DNA of 64,000 bases from an uncultured bacterium (GTDB lineage: Bacteria > Fidelibacterota > UBA2242). A program made the position numbers and the translations under genes. Numbering within the stretch: position 1 is the first letter of the stretch; each line of letters opens with the position of its first letter. Below, in pieces: positions 61,313 through 64,000 of this stretch. A model generated the notes under the pieces. That model was given only the letters and a program-made list of their open reading frames with translations. It searched no databases and had not been told where the DNA came from. The DNA is taken from positions 1,705-65,704 of the forward strand of contig CAYTUQ010000002.1 of assembly GCA_964441235.1 (NCBI GenBank), written 5' to 3'.

Positions 61313-62281
61313 ATGTACTTTGAAGCTGAATTAAACGAAGCCATTCGGTTGAAACAGAAGAAGGAATATCACCGGGCATGGGAACTGTTTGATGAGATTT
61401 CAAAGTCCAATCCCCGGTCGGCTTATTTCTGGTCCAATTATGCCCATTTGGCATTCCTGATGAACCGATATCAGAAAGCAAAGGAGTTTTCGGAAACGGC
61501 TTTGAGCATTGACCCCCTGTCCAGATTTGTGAGGTCGTTATATTCATCTATCCTGCTTCACACTAATGATACAGCGTCTTCTCTGGAATTAATACAGGAA
61601 CTCATCGAAGAAAAAATGGAAGTTCCTCTTTTGAAAAAATTGGTGAAAGCCGGTGAATCTCTGGGAATTCTCAACGATCTTGAGCCGTATTTCAATGATT
61701 GGATTCTACGATTTCACAGTGATAGAGAATTTGTTTCAACAGCGGCTGAGTATTACCATAAAATTGGTAAGACAGAGAAGACAATTGAACTTTATCAACG
61801 ACTGGTATCGGAAGAAAAATCAAACGATTTTATTTATGAACGTTTGATAGCACTTAAGACACTGGGCAAGTCAAGTCAGGAAAAAATCCGCGAACTGGAA
61901 ATAATACTGAAGCTTCCATCTCAGGAGAGGAATATTCACCTACTTGGTCTGTTGGCACGAGAGTACAAGAAAAGCAAGGAGTGGGGAAAGGCAGAACAAA
62001 CATATCGCAAGATACTTTCCATTAATCCTGATGATTTGTTTCAAAAGAAACAGATGGGATTTCTCTACGCCCGGAGTGGCAATCTGGAACAGGCTGTTGA
62101 AATCTTGAAAGATTGTTTATTTAAAGACCCAGACGACCATTTTGTCCGTAGTTCCCTGCTCTCAGCTTTTAAAAAGATGAACAGTAAGGAAAAAGCTCTT
62201 CAATTCATTGATCAGTTGCTCCTCCATTATCCTGAGAAGAAGAGTTATCTGGGTATTCGGAAAAGAGTTGAGAAGTGGTAA
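61313..62281 (+). CDS. tetratricopeptide-repeat protein
   Basis: Multiple 34-aa TPR-like repeats (W..LG/A..Y...G....A...Y..AL..DP). Confidence 0.6.
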   Translation: MYFEAELNEAIRLKQKKEYHRAWELFDEISKSNPRSAYFWSNYAHLAFLMNRYQKAKEFSETALSIDPLSRFVRSLYSSILLHTNDTASSLELIQELIEEKMEVPLLKKLVKAGESLGILNDLEPYFNDWILRFHSDREFVSTAAEYYHKIGKTEKTIELYQRLVSEEKSNDFIYERLIALKTLGKSSQEKIRELEIILKLPSQERNIHLLGLLAREYKKSKEWGKAEQTYRKILSINPDDLFQKKQMGFLYARSGNLEQAVEILKDCLFKDPDDHFVRSSLLSAFKKMNSKEKALQFIDQLLLHYPEKKSYLGIRKRVEKW

Positions 62282-62351
62282 TTGATAATTGGTGAGTGGT
62301 GTTTACTTAAATGTAAAAATTCAGTAAACTACGTCTGACTTAAAAAAAGAT

Positions 62352-62588
62352 TAAAACGCAGAGGCGCAGAGAACGCAGGGAGAAAAAGAAATATTGTAAA
62401 TAGATAAGATGTCGAAAATAGTATCATTAATTAGACGCTAAGGAAAGTTGAAAGATTATGAACATATATTTTAAACAGAGATTGTGAAATGAATAGGAAA
62501 ATTAACATAACTAATCATAAAAATTCTGCGTCTAAAGAATATTATATATCATTTAAATCTCTGCGTTCTCTGCGCCTCTGCGTTTATA
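62352..62588. repeat. ~240-bp element bounded by a perfect 25-nt inverted repeat (AAACGCAGAGGCGCAGAGAACGCAG)
   Basis: 62356-62380 equals the reverse complement of 62561-62585. The core is AT-rich. It lies immediately upstream of the brxC-like gene. Confidence 0.7.
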
Positions 62589-62640
62589 AATTTGGTTCTT
62601 TTTTTGTTCTGGTTTGTCCAAGTTAGGTGCACAACACTAT

Positions 62641-64000
62641 GAATAAACATGACCTAAAAATAGCTGATCTCATCACCGTTCCACCAGTGGAGACGGTAAT
62701 TCAACTTGAAACGGCGGACAGCAGAGATTTAGATCTCAGCCGGGGACTCCTCACCTCATTCGTACTCACTGATGAAATCGAAAATGCCCTTGCTCAACTT
62801 TTTACGCACATTCTGGAAAAGAAGGGTGCAGGGGCATTCCTGAAAGGGAATTACGGCTCCGGTAAATCTCATTTTCTGGCTGTCGTCTCATTGTTGTTGG
62901 AATCAAACCAGTGCTGGCAGTTTATCACTCACCCTCTACTCAAACAGTTTTCTGACATTCAGAAGCAACAGACTTTAATCGTAAAAATTGCTCTACATAA
63001 CTATTCAGCCGGAGAACCTCTGGAAGCTATTATTCTGGAAGAAACAGAAAAGGCGCTTCAAGACCGAACTGGTAAACCCATACTTCTCCGCAGTAAGGCT
63101 TTGCTGATTGAGCATTTCAACCGATATATCCTTCCACAGCATTCAGAATTCTTAAAATCCGCTGACCACTCCAGAGAGAGTTGGAAACGTTTTTGTAAAA
63201 CTGATCTGTCCCAAGCAGTGAAAAAGGTCACTGCCTTCATCCAATCCCATGGTATTCCTCTAAAAGCGCAATTCGATCGCCGTCAATCCCTTAGAACACT
63301 CCTATCATTTTTGAAGAACGAGCAATTTGCGGGGATATTCTTCGCCGTAGATGAACTATCGGAATTCCTGAAATCCAAAAGCAATTCATCCCTCCTCTCT
63401 GAAGACCTTCGCTTTTTACAGTTTCTTGGGGAAGCATGCAAACAGAACCCTTTCTATCTGGTAGCTACCCTCCAAGAAAATATTGAACAAACGGGGTATG
63501 TGGAAGATGACCTGGTATACCGGATCAAGGACCGTTTCCCCTTAAGATTTAGCCTGTCTGCACACCACGTCAACCAGTTGATTTCCAAACGTCTTGTACA
63601 AAAGAAAGCAGGTTCGGATAAACCCATCCAGGTTGTGTACGACCGTTTCCGGTCATCTTTTCCAAAACTTGAAGTGGGACCAAAGACATTTACCGAAATA
63701 TATCCGGTTCATCCGGATACGGTTACTATGCTGGAAGGTCTGACACCTATCTTCTCCCAACACCGAGGAGTGGTGGACTTCATCTATCACCAGTTGACAG
63801 GTGATGAAAACAGGCAATGGGATGGAATGCTTTCACTTGGTGCCGATTGCCTGATGACTCCCGACACCATCTTTGACCATTTCCGCGAGCGAATCAAAGA
63901 GCACCCGGATTTAGAAGCCTATTCGGAAGTTGTATTCAAAACTATAGAGCGTGAAATCCCTGCTTTGTTTGAATCAGAGAAGGATCAACATATTGCCCTT
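62641..64000 (+). CDS. brxC: BrxC/PglY-like P-loop ATPase (DUF499-type), 3'-partial at window end
   Basis: Walker A GNYGSGKSHFL, Walker B FFAVDELSEF and a YPVHPDTVTMLE...FSQHRGVVDFI motif resembling the DUF499 'YPFHP...FQrTRG' motif. No stop before 64000. GC is visibly higher than the rest of the window. Confidence 0.5.

Noticed and set aside
61308-61547. 79-aa minus-strand ORF
   Set aside because: It is antisense to the start of the TPR gene and has no supporting signals.

Overview
This is an AT-rich bacterial chromosome segment, roughly 33-35% GC by eye, with densely packed genes on both strands. A T9SS-type C-terminal sorting domain on one secreted protein, a PorV/FadL-like outer-membrane protein, a CarboxypepD_reg-type TonB-dependent receptor and an exbB-exbD-exbD-tonB operon suggest an uncultivated Fibrobacteres-Chlorobi-Bacteroidetes (FCB) group organism. 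That placement is an inference, not a demonstrated result.

Housekeeping genes are clear: rng, rplU and rpmA, aspS, phoH, a CaCA exchanger, a CPA2-type antiporter, and a fused TIGR03960 radical SAM-DUF2344 gene upstream of rng.

A roughly 13 kb defense island sits at about 30.3-43.3 kb. It contains a HATPase_c_4 remnant, an AbiEi/AbiEii pair, radC, an orphan Type I methyltransferase module, a MntA/HepT-like pair and a Fic protein. It ends in a 12-bp tandem repeat and a small inverted-repeat element. No HsdR is present. The module's HsdM carries an HsdR_N-like N-terminus. The HsdS, with two target recognition domains, is fused in one ORF to a C-terminal spore-photoproduct-lyase-like radical SAM domain with a CPYDCSWC motif. 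An unknown 312-aa gene lies between hsdM and hsdS, and a methyltransferase-motif/'TcmP-like' protein and a tiny PD-(D/E)xK-like protein follow. The HsdS-radical SAM fusion with these partners is the most likely previously undescribed system in the window.

Downstream, at 44.3-55.5 kb, is a purine/molybdo-hydroxylase fermentation cluster. It has two OTCase-family carbamoyltransferases, a carbamate kinase, a threonine-synthase-like PLP enzyme, MocA, XdhC and a three-subunit xanthine-dehydrogenase-family enzyme. A MOCOS-like NifS-family gene lies at 27 kb.

The region at 55.5-61 kb is a graveyard of defense-gene remnants: a RadC N-terminal fragment, two TaqI_C-like methyltransferase target-recognition tails, and a duplicated two-gene cassette of unknown function.

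From 62641 to the window end runs a partial brxC-like P-loop gene. It has visibly higher GC than the rest of the window, which points to a horizontally acquired BREX-like system.

Three pseudogenes are present. They are a gpmI C-terminal fragment, a frameshifted S9/DPP-IV-like peptidase, and a HATPase_c_4 fragment. Several dispersed repeat families are also present, described in the findings.
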